This document shows, piece after piece, positions 37,194 to 47,364 of a stretch of DNA of 62,586 nt. Both the position numbers and the translations under genes were made by a program. The notes beneath the pieces are model-generated. The model had not been told where the DNA came from. It saw only the letters and a list, made by a program, of their open reading frames with translations, and did not search any database. Position 1 is the first letter of the stretch. Every line of letters begins with the position of its first letter. The stretch is from Oscillospiraceae bacterium (GTDB lineage Bacteria > Bacillota > Clostridia > Oscillospirales > UBA929), in the NCBI GenBank assembly GCA_031554075.1, contig JAVBKJ010000011.1, positions 1 to 62,586 of the forward strand, in the 5' to 3' direction.

Positions 37194-38484
37194 GTACTGT
37201 TTCCTCCGTTTTCACTGTGTCGAGTTTTAAGAACCATGTGGTGACAAAGGCGATCGCCATCAAGACAAAGGGTACTACAATCAGCAGAAATTTAGCCGCT
37301 TCGCCTGGTTGTTGCCCAGGGTTATCACCGCTGATAAAACCAAACAGTGTCGCCAACAGGAAAAAAGCGATACTGCGAATCAAGCCACTTAGGCGATTGA
37401 CAAAAGCCATGATACTAATAAACATACCTTCGCGCTTGACGCCGTATCGCGCGGTATCTTCGTCAATCAGCGAGGCAATCACGATATCGCCTGTCGAAAC
37501 ATAACCGCCCATGCCAATGCCGACCAGCATACCCGCCAACACAGCGGTCAAAAGCGAATTGGCAAAGAAGAACGGGATGAGTGCGACAGCGATGACGGCA
37601 ACAGCGATACGCCAAACGGTCACGAGTGATGTCTTTTTGAGTAAGAAGTTCCAGAAGATAATCGAGACTGTCGCCGTTATGAGCACTGTACCCAATAGAA
37701 TACTCGTGCCTGCGCCCTTGAGCGCTAATGTATACTTTGTGTAAAATGGAATGCCAGCAAGGATGAGCGCAACTGTTGTGCCGTACATTGTGCCTGCAAC
37801 GCCCACAACCCAAAACTTTTTATTAACCACAATTTCTTTGATGCTCGAGAATAATTTGGGCTGCTTATAGTCCTCATAATTGGTGTCTTCGCGGCAACCG
37901 ATGGCAGAGTATAAATAAATACCACCGCCCACGACGGATAAGATAATGGCTGTCCACTGATATCCAATTTTTTCGACAATCATGGGGGTCAAACCCACGG
38001 CGATAATAGAGGCGATAAACTGAAACGCTTGTCGCAACGAATTTGTTTTGGCGCGCTCCTGCGGCTTTTTGAATAAATCGGGGAATAAAGCACCATAACT
38101 AACCTGTATCATAGAAATAGAGGTTTCAACAAGGAGCATGGTGACAATGAAGTACGTCACAAAGGCCGCGCCGCTCATGCCGTCAGGCGGGCAGAAGAAG
38201 GCAATCATACCAACTGTGGAAAGGAGAATGCCGAGAATGAGCCAAGGGCGTCGCCTGCCAAACCGTGTGCGCGTTTTGTCACAAAGGAAGCCGTAGGTAG
38301 GATTATCAATTGCGTCTAAAATCGAGTACAGTAGCAGTGCGGCAGAGTAAATTTTCATGTCGAGTTTGAGCACATCAACGTAGTAAAAGGCCATCTGCGC
38401 TGTAAAAAAACTTGCCGTTAGCACACCACCAAACATACCAATTGCAAAGCGCAACGGCGATGTCCTTGGTTTCAAGGTATCCAT
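37186..38484 (-). CDS. MFS transporter, glycoside-pentoside-hexuronide (GPH) symporter-like
   Basis: 432 aa with 12 predicted TM segments. Contains a D..R.R.GRRRPW motif (CDKTRTRFGRRRPWL). Confidence 0.75.
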   Translation of the reverse strand: MDTLKPRTSPLRFAIGMFGGVLTASFFTAQMAFYYVDVLKLDMKIYSAALLLYSILDAIDNPTYGFLCDKTRTRFGRRRPWLILGILLSTVGMIAFFCPPDGMSGAAFVTYFIVTMLLVETSISMIQVSYGALFPDLFKKPQERAKTNSLRQAFQFIASIIAVGLTPMIVEKIGYQWTAIILSVVGGGIYLYSAIGCREDTNYEDYKQPKLFSSIKEIVVNKKFWVVGVAGTMYGTTVALILAGIPFYTKYTLALKGAGTSILLGTVLITATVSIIFWNFLLKKTSLVTVWRIAVAVIAVALIPFFFANSLLTAVLAGMLVGIGMGGYVSTGDIVIASLIDEDTARYGVKREGMFISIMAFVNRLSGLIRSIAFFLLATLFGFISGDNPGQQPGEAAKFLLIVVPFVLMAIAFVTTWFLKLDTVKTEETVRE

Positions 38485-38697
38485 TTACACACACCCTAAC
38501 ATAAATTTGTTTCGCGATACATAGTATCATAGTTTTTGCGAAATTACTACTACCTAAAGGGGCTGTCTGCGCTAAAAATTTATGATAATTCACATAAACA
38601 TACAATCATTTGACGCATTGCCGGCGAAGTGATACAATAATGCAATCACAGTGAGCCGTTTCACATATCCCGTGCACACAACATTGCTTAAAGCGAG

Positions 38698-39354
38698 GTG
38701 TTTTACATGTCATTAGAAATAGAAGTACGGTTTCGCATTCCGACCAAACTGGTGCAGGATAGACTGTTGTCAGATGACCTAGTGCAAAAAACAAAAATGC
38801 GCGATTTTGTTAGCTTTCAGATGGCTGCCGAGTACTACGACAGCCCCAACCAAGCGTTACAGAAAGAACGCGTCACGCTGCGCCGTCGTTTTGAAAACGG
38901 GGTGCCGCATGTCAGTTTAAAACAAGCGATAGATATTAACTGCGGTCGGCTACTGGCAAGACAAAAATGGCAATGCCCCGCCGACGACGTAAGCATTGCC
39001 ATACCAGCACTATTGGACATGGGCGCGCCCCCATTGCTCGAAACGATAGCCAGCACCGCGGGTTTTTTGTCCTTTGGTCATTTTTCGTACGAACGCTTGG
39101 GCGTGCCGCTACTGTTAGAACACAATACAGCTGTGGAGTTTGACATTGACGATGGTGTCATCGTCGCTGGGGGCAAGCAAGAGCCTATGCAGGAAATCGT
39201 ACTGAAACTGCTGTATGGTCAAGTGGAACCGATGGATGCGTTTGCCGCCATGCTAGAAGAAAAGTACGACCTAACACGAGAACTATCCAGCAAGTACGAG
39301 CGCGCGTTACGGCTACTGCGTTCCCGTGCGGTTCGCACCCAGCCAGCACTTTAG
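38698..39354 (+). CDS. CYTH-domain (triphosphate tunnel metalloenzyme-like) protein
   Basis: N-terminal LEIEVRF (ExExK-like) strand and typical size. Putative TTGACG-17-TACAAT promoter upstream. Confidence 0.5.
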   Translation: MFYMSLEIEVRFRIPTKLVQDRLLSDDLVQKTKMRDFVSFQMAAEYYDSPNQALQKERVTLRRRFENGVPHVSLKQAIDINCGRLLARQKWQCPADDVSIAIPALLDMGAPPLLETIASTAGFLSFGHFSYERLGVPLLLEHNTAVEFDIDDGVIVAGGKQEPMQEIVLKLLYGQVEPMDAFAAMLEEKYDLTRELSSKYERALRLLRSRAVRTQPAL

Positions 39355-42300
39355 TTGAGCGGCCAGATTGTCAAACTCGATGGGTTTGGCGATATGGCCG
39401 TTCATACCTTCTTCACGGCAAATATTGACCTCCTCCGCCATGGCGTTCGCGGTCATCGCCACAATCGGTACGTGCTGAAACGGTGTGTTATTGCCGCGTA
39501 TCGCACGCGCGGTTTGGTGTCCGTCCATCACAGGCATGAGAATATCCATTAGGACTAAATCGAATGGCTGGTTTGCCAGTAATGTCAGTGCTTCTTGCCC
39601 ATTATCTGCGACAGTGGCGTGAATGCCAAACGCCTCTAACATGCCTAGCGCCACTTCTTGGTTGATGTAGTTATCTTCACATAGCAACACACGCGCCGCT
39701 GGATACTGGGGGAGGGTCGTCTCATCCCGCGCCACTTCGTAGCCGCGACAGAGTTGACTAACCATCTGCAAGATAGCCGTGGGCAACACAGGCTTTTCCA
39801 TACATTCGCCCAAGGTGTCGTTATTGGCATCTTGGGTCAGTGTTAGTTGAAGCAGATGTGCCTGCGGCGGCAGATGGGTTGCAAGGGATAGTTGCGTTGC
39901 GGTAACGCCGCCAAACGTTTCATCAAAGAGGATGATGTCGGCTGTTGATTCGTGCAGTGTTTCAGCCGCTTGGGCGGTTGAAACACTGTGTCCTGTCATT
40001 TGCACGGCGGATAGTAACTGAACAAGATTGGTCGCGGCGGTTTCGTTATCGGCAATCACGACAAATGTTTTGCCTGTCAACTTGTCTTGTTCAGCCAACA
40101 CCGTGGGAACGTCTGCTGGCACTGCAAACGGCATGACAATGGCTGTCGTTGTTCCTTTGCCGAGGGTGCTTTCAACCGTCATCGTGCCGCCCATGAGCGC
40201 CACAAGCTGTTTGGTGATAGACATGCCAAGCCCAGTACCAACGTCCTTGCCTGTCTTTTTATGGAATTGCTCAAACGGCGTAAACAGACGTTCGACTTGC
40301 GCGTCTGTCATGCCTGAACCTGTGTCCTCGATGGTAAAGACTAGCACACATTGCGCTGCCTCTCTCGATTGCAGGGTGGTGCGAAAGGCAATATGCCCCT
40401 CTTTTGTAAATTTACGAGAATTATCTAATATATTTTTGAGGATTTGCCAAAGGCGGGTACTATCGCCTAACAGAGTAGCGGGTATCGACAAATCTACCTC
40501 TACTAAAATTTCCACTTGCTGCTGGTGATGCTGTTGAAACACGAGTAGCGCACTGCCTAGCGTTTGCATCATCGAAAATTCATCCGCAAAGATACTTAGT
40601 TTCTGCGCTTCCATTTTGGAAAAATCCAAAATATCATTAATAATATTGAGTAATACATTCGAAGCGGAGGCAATTTTTGTAAAGGCACTGTGCGTTTTGG
40701 GATCGTGTTTTTTTCGTAGTTCCAGCTCAGACAATCCGATAATGGCATTCATGGGCGTGCGAATTTCGTGGCTCATGTTGACGATAAACGTGCTTTTAAG
40801 CTGATTGGCTTCTTTTTCCTTCTCTGCTGTGTTCTGCAACATGGCAGCCTGTAGTTTTTGCGCGGTAATATCCTTTAGCATGACGCTAACGGCGTACCGA
40901 CCATTGTACACAAGCCCGGCACTAATGCAAACCACGTCTATCATCGTGTTATCTGGCAGACGCAGTTGCAGTTCTACTTCCTCGATCGAGGCATCAGGAG
41001 ACACAATTGCGTCAGCGTCCTGCGGGGCTAAAAGATACGACGATAGACTGTCTGGCGTCTGCCCCTGTGTAAATTGCTTGGCAAATAAATCGTTTGCATA
41101 CACGATTTGATAATTCACAGGATTAACGATTAGCATGGGCAGTGGCAGCGCGTCTATCATGCGCTGTAAGTCCTGTTGGGCGCGCTCTAAGCTGTCGGAG
41201 CGTTCTTCTAGCATCTCTATATCGAAGCACCAGAGGAGCAACGACTTTTGCCCCTCATGCTCTGAGCCAGATACATTGACAAGGTAACGGTGGTGCGCGC
41301 CGTCCGCCATGAGGACACTGGCAAACTTATCAAAGACAGTTCCTTTTGCTTCGACTTCACGCACGATATCCGCACTATCGGCGTTGATATCATACACCTT
41401 GGCGATATTATCGCCTGGCAGCAGCCCAAGTACCTCTTGCGCGCGCTGATTTGTGTGAACAATCGTGCCATTGTGATACATGGTGATAAAGGCGAGCGGC
41501 GCACTTTCGATAATCGTTTCCAATTTTTCTTTGACAAGCTTGATATCCATATCTTTTTTTAGTAGCAATTCCGCGGTGTTTAAGCTATCTTTTGTCAGCA
41601 TAAGTTCGCGATTTTGTCGCGTTAATCGTATGATAAACACAACGCCCAGCACAAAAATGAGTAGCACCAGCGCGGAAACCACAGGTTCATCCCTCACCAG
41701 TGACCGTGGACGATTGAGAATCGTTGCGCCCTCGGGCAGCTTGCGCTTCATGGTAGGTGCTTGTTGCATCGCTGCATAGTCAAATATCCACTGATTAGGC
41801 ATCTTATCTTTGGCAGAGGATAATAAGGCAGAGATATCCTCACCTTTTGCCAGTGCCACCGCTACTTCGCCCGCAAATTGCCCCTCGGCGGTGCGATTGA
41901 CATATAATCCACCCAGCTGACCGCCACCAAAGCTGGCAAGGTTTAGCCCAAACACAGGCGCAGCGGTATGCCCTGCAAGCTGTCGATGAAGTTCGTTGCC
42001 TGCAAAGGCGCGTCCGTCAGCTTCTGTGAAATACCAACCTGTTAGGACAAGCGTATCCTTTGGCAAATTTTGAAGCTGTATCAGCAATTCTTGTAGCGGT
42101 AATGCCTTGTTATACGTTATGTCAAGACGATCCTCAAATTCTTCAAGCTGTGCGGCTATCTCTTTTTGCCAAAGGCGCCCGTCGGCAAAGCTGTCATTTA
42201 GGACAAATAAATGCTTCGTGTTGGGGTACATCGCAAGCATTTGCGTCACGGTTTCTTTTGCCGCGATTTGTTCCGTGATATTCGTGAAATAGACCTCCAT

Positions 42301-43377
42301 GCCTTGCAGTGTGTCGGCAAGGTCAGTGGGCAACCCTGTATAGATAACAGGGACGCCTAAAAATAGCCTATAATACACATTTTCGATAAATTCTAGTGCG
42401 TATTGATCCGTAACGATAATCACATCGGGACGTGTGGCAACATAGTCAAGCCGCAATGTCGTCTCGGCTGTTTCCAAACGTGCTTGGGGGTTTGGGGTGG
42501 AGCTAGAGTCTAGGCTTAAAATTCGAAGCTCGTGGTTGCGATTTTGCATGATAGCCGTTTGTATGCCATTGCTAATATCGACGTCGGTTTGTATATTATT
42601 AGTATAGGAGGAAATGTGCAAAAAGGAGTTTCCTTCGTCTTGAAAGAAGCTTTTATCTCTGTTTAGTATTTTTGCGAGCAAGCCCGATTGCTTCATTTGA
42701 CGGTAGGTTATTGCTAGTTTGGGGGCTAGTGCGGCATTGGATTTGTGCAGATAGGTGTATGCCAAGGTGGTGTCTAGTTTGGCACGTTCTGTCACTGCCG
42801 CTGGCATGGGGATGTCCGAGCCTGCAAATTTTGGTAACACCACCGCGTCAACGTCTCCGTTTAACAGCGCGGCAAATAGTGTCGAACGCCCGACCATTTG
42901 GGTGGGTATGATGCCATGCTCCAACATGCGTTGTTGTATAAAAGGACGTTGCACTTCATGCGCGACCCGTAACCCTTGCAAATCTGCCCATGAGTTTGTT
43001 TCTAGCGCACTGCCCTTGCGAACATACACCCAGTACTCCGCTTCAAAGATGGATTCTGGCACTAATATTAAGTTGCGTGCGTCTGCCACCGCCGCAGGTA
43101 TTTGAAACGCAATGCCATCAAACGCACCGCTGTCGGCGGCAACAACGGCAGAGGACATGCGCATACTCGTGATATTCACATTGTAGCCCATACTTGTCAG
43201 TGCGGTATAGATAATAGCATCCGCCACACTTTGGTCGGCGCTACTTACCGTAAAGTCTAATGTTTCCGTTTGCTCGACAGGCACTGCCAACGCCGTCAAC
43301 TGGCACAGCATCAGCAACAAAACAAGCCATAGTATCGCGTGCCGCATACAGCACCTCCCATCTTCTTCTATTGACAT
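39313..43377 (-). CDS. Large hybrid sensor kinase (1,354 aa): signal/TM, two periplasmic solute-binding-type domains, TM, PAS-like region, HisKA, HATPase_c, degenerate REC plus REC
   Basis: H-box FIVNMSHEIRTPMNAIIG. ATPase motif DTGSGM...GTGLGMSI. C-terminal REC VLLCEDN...DLVLMDILMPVMDG. The N-terminal region resembles SBP_bac_3 and ABC_sub_bind folds. Confidence 0.85.
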   Translation of the reverse strand: MSIEEDGRCCMRHAILWLVLLLMLCQLTALAVPVEQTETLDFTVSSADQSVADAIIYTALTSMGYNVNITSMRMSSAVVAADSGAFDGIAFQIPAAVADARNLILVPESIFEAEYWVYVRKGSALETNSWADLQGLRVAHEVQRPFIQQRMLEHGIIPTQMVGRSTLFAALLNGDVDAVVLPKFAGSDIPMPAAVTERAKLDTTLAYTYLHKSNAALAPKLAITYRQMKQSGLLAKILNRDKSFFQDEGNSFLHISSYTNNIQTDVDISNGIQTAIMQNRNHELRILSLDSSSTPNPQARLETAETTLRLDYVATRPDVIIVTDQYALEFIENVYYRLFLGVPVIYTGLPTDLADTLQGMEVYFTNITEQIAAKETVTQMLAMYPNTKHLFVLNDSFADGRLWQKEIAAQLEEFEDRLDITYNKALPLQELLIQLQNLPKDTLVLTGWYFTEADGRAFAGNELHRQLAGHTAAPVFGLNLASFGGGQLGGLYVNRTAEGQFAGEVAVALAKGEDISALLSSAKDKMPNQWIFDYAAMQQAPTMKRKLPEGATILNRPRSLVRDEPVVSALVLLIFVLGVVFIIRLTRQNRELMLTKDSLNTAELLLKKDMDIKLVKEKLETIIESAPLAFITMYHNGTIVHTNQRAQEVLGLLPGDNIAKVYDINADSADIVREVEAKGTVFDKFASVLMADGAHHRYLVNVSGSEHEGQKSLLLWCFDIEMLEERSDSLERAQQDLQRMIDALPLPMLIVNPVNYQIVYANDLFAKQFTQGQTPDSLSSYLLAPQDADAIVSPDASIEEVELQLRLPDNTMIDVVCISAGLVYNGRYAVSVMLKDITAQKLQAAMLQNTAEKEKEANQLKSTFIVNMSHEIRTPMNAIIGLSELELRKKHDPKTHSAFTKIASASNVLLNIINDILDFSKMEAQKLSIFADEFSMMQTLGSALLVFQQHHQQQVEILVEVDLSIPATLLGDSTRLWQILKNILDNSRKFTKEGHIAFRTTLQSREAAQCVLVFTIEDTGSGMTDAQVERLFTPFEQFHKKTGKDVGTGLGMSITKQLVALMGGTMTVESTLGKGTTTAIVMPFAVPADVPTVLAEQDKLTGKTFVVIADNETAATNLVQLLSAVQMTGHSVSTAQAAETLHESTADIILFDETFGGVTATQLSLATHLPPQAHLLQLTLTQDANNDTLGECMEKPVLPTAILQMVSQLCRGYEVARDETTLPQYPAARVLLCEDNYINQEVALGMLEAFGIHATVADNGQEALTLLANQPFDLVLMDILMPVMDGHQTARAIRGNNTPFQHVPIVAMTANAMAEEVNICREEGMNGHIAKPIEFDNLAAQLKCWLGANRTGTQ

Positions 43378-43450
43378 TATATCACTCTAACATAGTTTTA
43401 GATAACCCGCAAGTACCGAAAGCGCGAGGCGGCACATATACCCACGTTCA

Positions 43451-43488
43451 AAAAAGGGGGGCGGCACATAATGCCACCCCCCTTTTGT
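43451..43488 (-). terminator. Rho-independent terminator downstream of der-plsY
   Basis: On the minus strand: GGGGGGTGGCA-TTATG-TGCCGCCCCCC followed by TTTTTTG. Confidence 0.6.
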
Positions 43489-43552
43489 TGCGCTGGGCTA
43501 TCCGAATGTCATGGATACATCGTATGTTGACATGTAATTTACACTAATTTCC

Positions 43553-43577
43553 TTTACAAACATGCCATGTTTGTAAA
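43553..43577. promoter_or_regulatory. Perfect 25-bp palindrome (TTTACAAACATG-C-CATGTTTGTAAA), candidate operator or hairpin
   Basis: Read directly. It lies in the 327-nt gap between plsY and the 1,354-aa kinase gene. Confidence 0.4.
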
Positions 43578-43704
43578 GCGCACATCGTGCGCGTGGCGGC
43601 AACAGGCCGCCAAAATGCCGTCAATACGAATCTCTTGCGTCTTGCCGCAAATCCGCTAAAGGCGGATGATAAAAATGATGGAACATTTTTATCGAGAATT
43701 AGTA

Positions 43705-44337
43705 TTATTCGCGTTTGCCTGCCCTAGATAGGCTCATTTTACTCTCTGTGCCGCGCCATAAGCGCCCTATATTCGCCCGATGTAAGTACACAACCATAAG
43801 CGCTATGCCGCCCGAAACAGCGATTGTGAGCCATTCTGTGGGGCGAAATGCCCACATAGAAAAGGGGATAGACATAGCACCCAAGATTGACCCAAGGGAC
43901 GAGTAGCGTGTTGTGAGTACTATCACAACCCATATCGCAATCGCAATCAAAAAGACGCGCCAATCCACAAAGGGCAATACAGCGGCCGTCGTTAAGACAC
44001 CTTTGCCACCTTTGAAACCAAAGAAGACGGGATACACATGCCCTAGCACAACAAATACCAGCGCCAACATCTGCGCCGCGGCGATATAGACGGTGTCGTG
44101 CAACAGCCAGCCAGCGACAAACACCGCCAGTATGCCCTTTAGCGTGTCGCCTAAGCCCACCACTAATGCCCACTTCTTGCCATAAATGCGCAGGGCGTTG
44201 GTAAAGCCGCCGTTGCCGCTACCGTGGTTGCGTATGTCGTCCTTTAGTATCAAGCTAGAAACCACAATGGCGGTGTTGAAATTGCCTAATAAGTAGGCAG
44301 ACACAGCCGCTAAGATTAATTTCCAGATAGGATTCAT
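43705..44337 (-). CDS. plsY: Glycerol-3-phosphate acyltransferase PlsY
   Basis: 210 aa membrane protein with SGNGGFTNALR and FKGGKGV motifs. Confidence 0.9.
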   Translation of the reverse strand: MNPIWKLILAAVSAYLLGNFNTAIVVSSLILKDDIRNHGSGNGGFTNALRIYGKKWALVVGLGDTLKGILAVFVAGWLLHDTVYIAAAQMLALVFVVLGHVYPVFFGFKGGKGVLTTAAVLPFVDWRVFLIAIAIWVVIVLTTRYSSLGSILGAMSIPFSMWAFRPTEWLTIAVSGGIALMVVYLHRANIGRLWRGTESKMSLSRAGKRE

Positions 44338-44349
44338 AGTGACCCTCCC

Positions 44350-45684
44350 TTAATGCATGTCGTCGTTGTCGCCTTTTTGACGTCCTGTCATACGAATCGG
44401 GGTACCCTCTAAGCCAAAGGTTTGACGCAGTTGATTTTCGAGATATCGTTGGTATGAAAAGTGGAACAGTTTTAGGTCATTAACAAAGACAATAAAATGC
44501 GGTGGTCTAATCCCCACTTGGGTCATATAGTAAATTTTAAGACGACGCCCCTTGTCTGTCGGCGGTTGCACCCTTGTCGTGGCATCCGCTAGGACATTGT
44601 TGAGCATCCCTGTGGAAATACGCATCGCGTTTTGTTTGGCAACCGCGTTTATGACCTCAAAAAGACGCTCCACGCGTTGCCCTGTTTTTGCCGAAATGAA
44701 CACAATAGGGGCATACGGCATGTATGCCAAATCGGCGCGTATGCGCTCTTTCATGCTATCCATGGTATGCGTGTCTTTGTCAATTAAGTCCCATTTATTC
44801 ACGACGATAATACATGCGCGACCTGCGTCATGGGCGATGCCTGCCACTTTTGTATCCTGCTCTGTAACGCCATCTCTGGCGTCAAGCAAAATAAGGCACA
44901 CATCGGCACGGTCAACTGCCATAATGGCGCGCAACACGCTGTAATGCTCAATATTATCGTTTACTTTCGCCTTTTTGCGCATACCAGCGGTGTCGATAAA
45001 ATTAAACCGTCCCTGTTCGTTCTCAAAGTAGGAGTCTGTCGCGTCACGCGTCGTGCCAGGCACATCGGACACAATGACGCGTTCCTGCCCTAGAATACGA
45101 TTGGTGAGTGACGATTTGCCCACGTTTGGTTTGCCAATGAGTGCCACAGAAATAATTTCCTCGTCACGCTCGTCGGTTGCCGTCATAGGGAAATGCTCAA
45201 AGCAAGCATCAAGCAAGTCGCCTGTGCCTATACCATGCAAGGCGGACACAGGGCAGGGGTCGCCCATGCCTAAGTTATAAAATTCGTACACATCGGGATG
45301 TGTTGGGCCCACTCTGTCACATTTATTGACAGCAATTACGACAGGTTTTTTGGCTTTTTGAAGCATGAGCGCCACATCTCTATCCGCCGCCGTTAAGCCT
45401 GTTTTGACATCCACCAATAAAATCACAACATCCGCGCTGTCAATCGCGATTTGTGCTTGTTGCCGCATAAAGACGAGCATTTCATCATCGGCGCGCGGCT
45501 CGATACCGCCTGTATCCACGATTGAAAACGGCACGCCGCGCCACTCGCAGTCCGCCATAATGCGGTCACGCGTGACCCCTGGGGTGTCCTCTACAATAGA
45601 GACACGTCGCCCCACTAGTTTATTAAAAAGTAACGATTTTCCCACGTTGGGGCGACCGACAATGGCCACAATTGGTTTGCTCAT
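44350..45684 (-). CDS. der: Ribosome-biogenesis GTPase Der (EngA)
   Basis: Two tandem G domains (GRPNVGKSLLFN; GKPNVGKSSLTN) plus a KH-like C-terminus. Confidence 0.95.
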   Translation of the reverse strand: MSKPIVAIVGRPNVGKSLLFNKLVGRRVSIVEDTPGVTRDRIMADCEWRGVPFSIVDTGGIEPRADDEMLVFMRQQAQIAIDSADVVILLVDVKTGLTAADRDVALMLQKAKKPVVIAVNKCDRVGPTHPDVYEFYNLGMGDPCPVSALHGIGTGDLLDACFEHFPMTATDERDEEIISVALIGKPNVGKSSLTNRILGQERVIVSDVPGTTRDATDSYFENEQGRFNFIDTAGMRKKAKVNDNIEHYSVLRAIMAVDRADVCLILLDARDGVTEQDTKVAGIAHDAGRACIIVVNKWDLIDKDTHTMDSMKERIRADLAYMPYAPIVFISAKTGQRVERLFEVINAVAKQNAMRISTGMLNNVLADATTRVQPPTDKGRRLKIYYMTQVGIRPPHFIVFVNDLKLFHFSYQRYLENQLRQTFGLEGTPIRMTGRQKGDNDDMH

Positions 45685-45702
45685 GATGTCCTCATTTCTA
45701 CC

Positions 45703-46953
45703 TCAGCGCAACAGCAGTTCGGCCAGTGCCGCGCCCTCCGCTGGGATGACCGTAACAGGTACGCCTAGCGCGTCTGACACCTGTTTTGGGGTCATGTCAT
45801 CTAAAAATAGGTCGCCGCCATGTCGTAACATGGTGGACGGCACATACACTGTGCCACTGACCTTGCCTTGCAGCTGCGCTACAATATCCTGCCCCACGAC
45901 CAAGCCTGCCACGGTAATCGTAGCACCCCAAAACGTATTCTCAATCACCTGCACACAGCCTTGCAAGCCAAACGGGGTCAATACGTCTCTTAAAAATGGG
46001 GCAAAGGCTGTGCCCGTTACGAGAGTGATATCTGTTTGTTTCGGCTGGGTTAGCCCCTCGGACGCCCACTGAAAATCGTCTAAAAAAGTACGAATCATCC
46101 CCACGCCATTTTCAAGCTGTGGGTAATCATCATAGTATGCGTCTGTAGGTATGGGTAGCTGTGCTTTGATAAATAGCTCGTCAGCCGCGTAAACGCGGTC
46201 AAAGGGCGCACACCGTGTGATGCAATCACGCGCCTGCTCGCAGGTTAATGGCGTTAGGGGATATAATCCCTCACGGTACCGCGTCAGCCCCACGGGGACA
46301 ACGGAGACGCTCTCAACAGCATCCCCCAGACGTGCTAAGTCCTCTAGGCTCTGTGTGAGCGCCGCCCCGTCGTTTAGGGTGGGGCATAGCACAATTTGAC
46401 AGTGTAGCGAAATTTTTCCCGCGGCTAATTGCGTTAGGTGCGTTAAGGCAGTACCCGCTGTTGGATTGCCGAGCATACGCGCCCGCAACGCTTGCTGTGT
46501 GGTGTGAACAGAGACACGCACAGGGCTGATTCGCTGTTGGAGGATACGATTGACATCCTCTTGCGATAAATTTGTGAGGGTGATGTAATTGCCCTGTAAA
46601 AAGGAAAGACGCGCATCATCATCCTTAAAATACAGGCTATCTCGCAACCCCGACGGCTGTTGGTCGATAAAACAAAAAACACATTTATTTTGGCAGTGAC
46701 GCGGCTTGTCCATTAGATAGGTGGCAAATTGCAAGCCAATATCGCCGCCCTCGGCATGGGTTACCTGCACTTGCACAGGCGTACCCTCGGGCGTGCATAA
46801 ATCTAGGACTAAGCGGCGGTCGTAGCTATAAAATCGATAGTCTAGCACATCCTGAATCGCGTGACCATTCATGCGCAGTAGGCTCATATGTGGGGTGATG
46901 CCTGCTTTGTGGGCAGGGCTGCCCTTTGTCACGGCTATAATTTGAGGGTTCAT
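45703..46953 (-). CDS. DUF512 radical-SAM-related protein with N-terminal PDZ domain
   Basis: Preferred start is MNPQIIAVTKGSPAHKAG (Met28 of the track ORF). Contains a CVFCF Cys motif. Conserved synteny upstream of der-plsY in Firmicutes. Confidence 0.75.
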   Translation of the reverse strand: MNPQIIAVTKGSPAHKAGITPHMSLLRMNGHAIQDVLDYRFYSYDRRLVLDLCTPEGTPVQVQVTHAEGGDIGLQFATYLMDKPRHCQNKCVFCFIDQQPSGLRDSLYFKDDDARLSFLQGNYITLTNLSQEDVNRILQQRISPVRVSVHTTQQALRARMLGNPTAGTALTHLTQLAAGKISLHCQIVLCPTLNDGAALTQSLEDLARLGDAVESVSVVPVGLTRYREGLYPLTPLTCEQARDCITRCAPFDRVYAADELFIKAQLPIPTDAYYDDYPQLENGVGMIRTFLDDFQWASEGLTQPKQTDITLVTGTAFAPFLRDVLTPFGLQGCVQVIENTFWGATITVAGLVVGQDIVAQLQGKVSGTVYVPSTMLRHGGDLFLDDMTPKQVSDALGVPVTVIPAEGAALAELLLR

Positions 46954-47045
46954 ATGGCACCTCGATTGGATGTGTGTGGGGTGTGGCCCCCTTGTGTGGG
47001 GCGTGATAGACAGTATTGCGACATGTATCCTCACTTACCTTGACA

Positions 47046-47073
47046 TGACAAACAGGGCGGATGTCATCCGCCC
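47046..47073 (-). terminator. Hairpin terminator after rpmF
   Basis: GGGCGGATG-T-CATCCGCCC, followed on the minus strand by TGTTTGTCATG. Confidence 0.5.
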
Positions 47074-47093
47074 CACACGTTCGTCATACGAAA

Positions 47094-47285
47094 CTACTTT
47101 TTATCGCTTTCAACAGCGATGACTTGACGATCGCCATAAGTACCACAGCCTTTGCAGACTCTGTGGCGAAGCGCATATTCGCCGCACTTAGGGCAAAGCA
47201 CCAAGTTGGGCAGGTTCAGTTTCCAGTGGGAACTACGTCTTAAATTACGACGTTGTTTAGATGTTTTTCTCTTTGGGACTGCCAT
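47094..47285 (-). CDS. rpmF: 50S ribosomal protein L32
   Basis: MAVPKRKTSKQRRNLRRSSHWKL... with a CxxC...CxxC zinc ribbon. The start is trimmed to the MAVPKRK methionine. Confidence 0.95.
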   Translation of the reverse strand: MAVPKRKTSKQRRNLRRSSHWKLNLPNLVLCPKCGEYALRHRVCKGCGTYGDRQVIAVESDKK

Positions 47286-47364
47286 TGTTAAACACACCTT
47301 TCAAGCATGGAACTAAGCCAATAGATTGTATCCTCTAGCGGCAAACTACCGCATACATGGATGC

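Noticed and set aside
39355-43172. Several 60-166-aa plus-strand ORFs inside the 1,354-aa kinase gene.
   Set aside because: They are antisense shadow ORFs without RBS or motifs.
45365-46072. 235-aa plus-strand ORF.
   Set aside because: It is antisense to the well-supported der and DUF512 genes, spans their intergenic gap, and is Ser/Thr/Pro-rich low-complexity.
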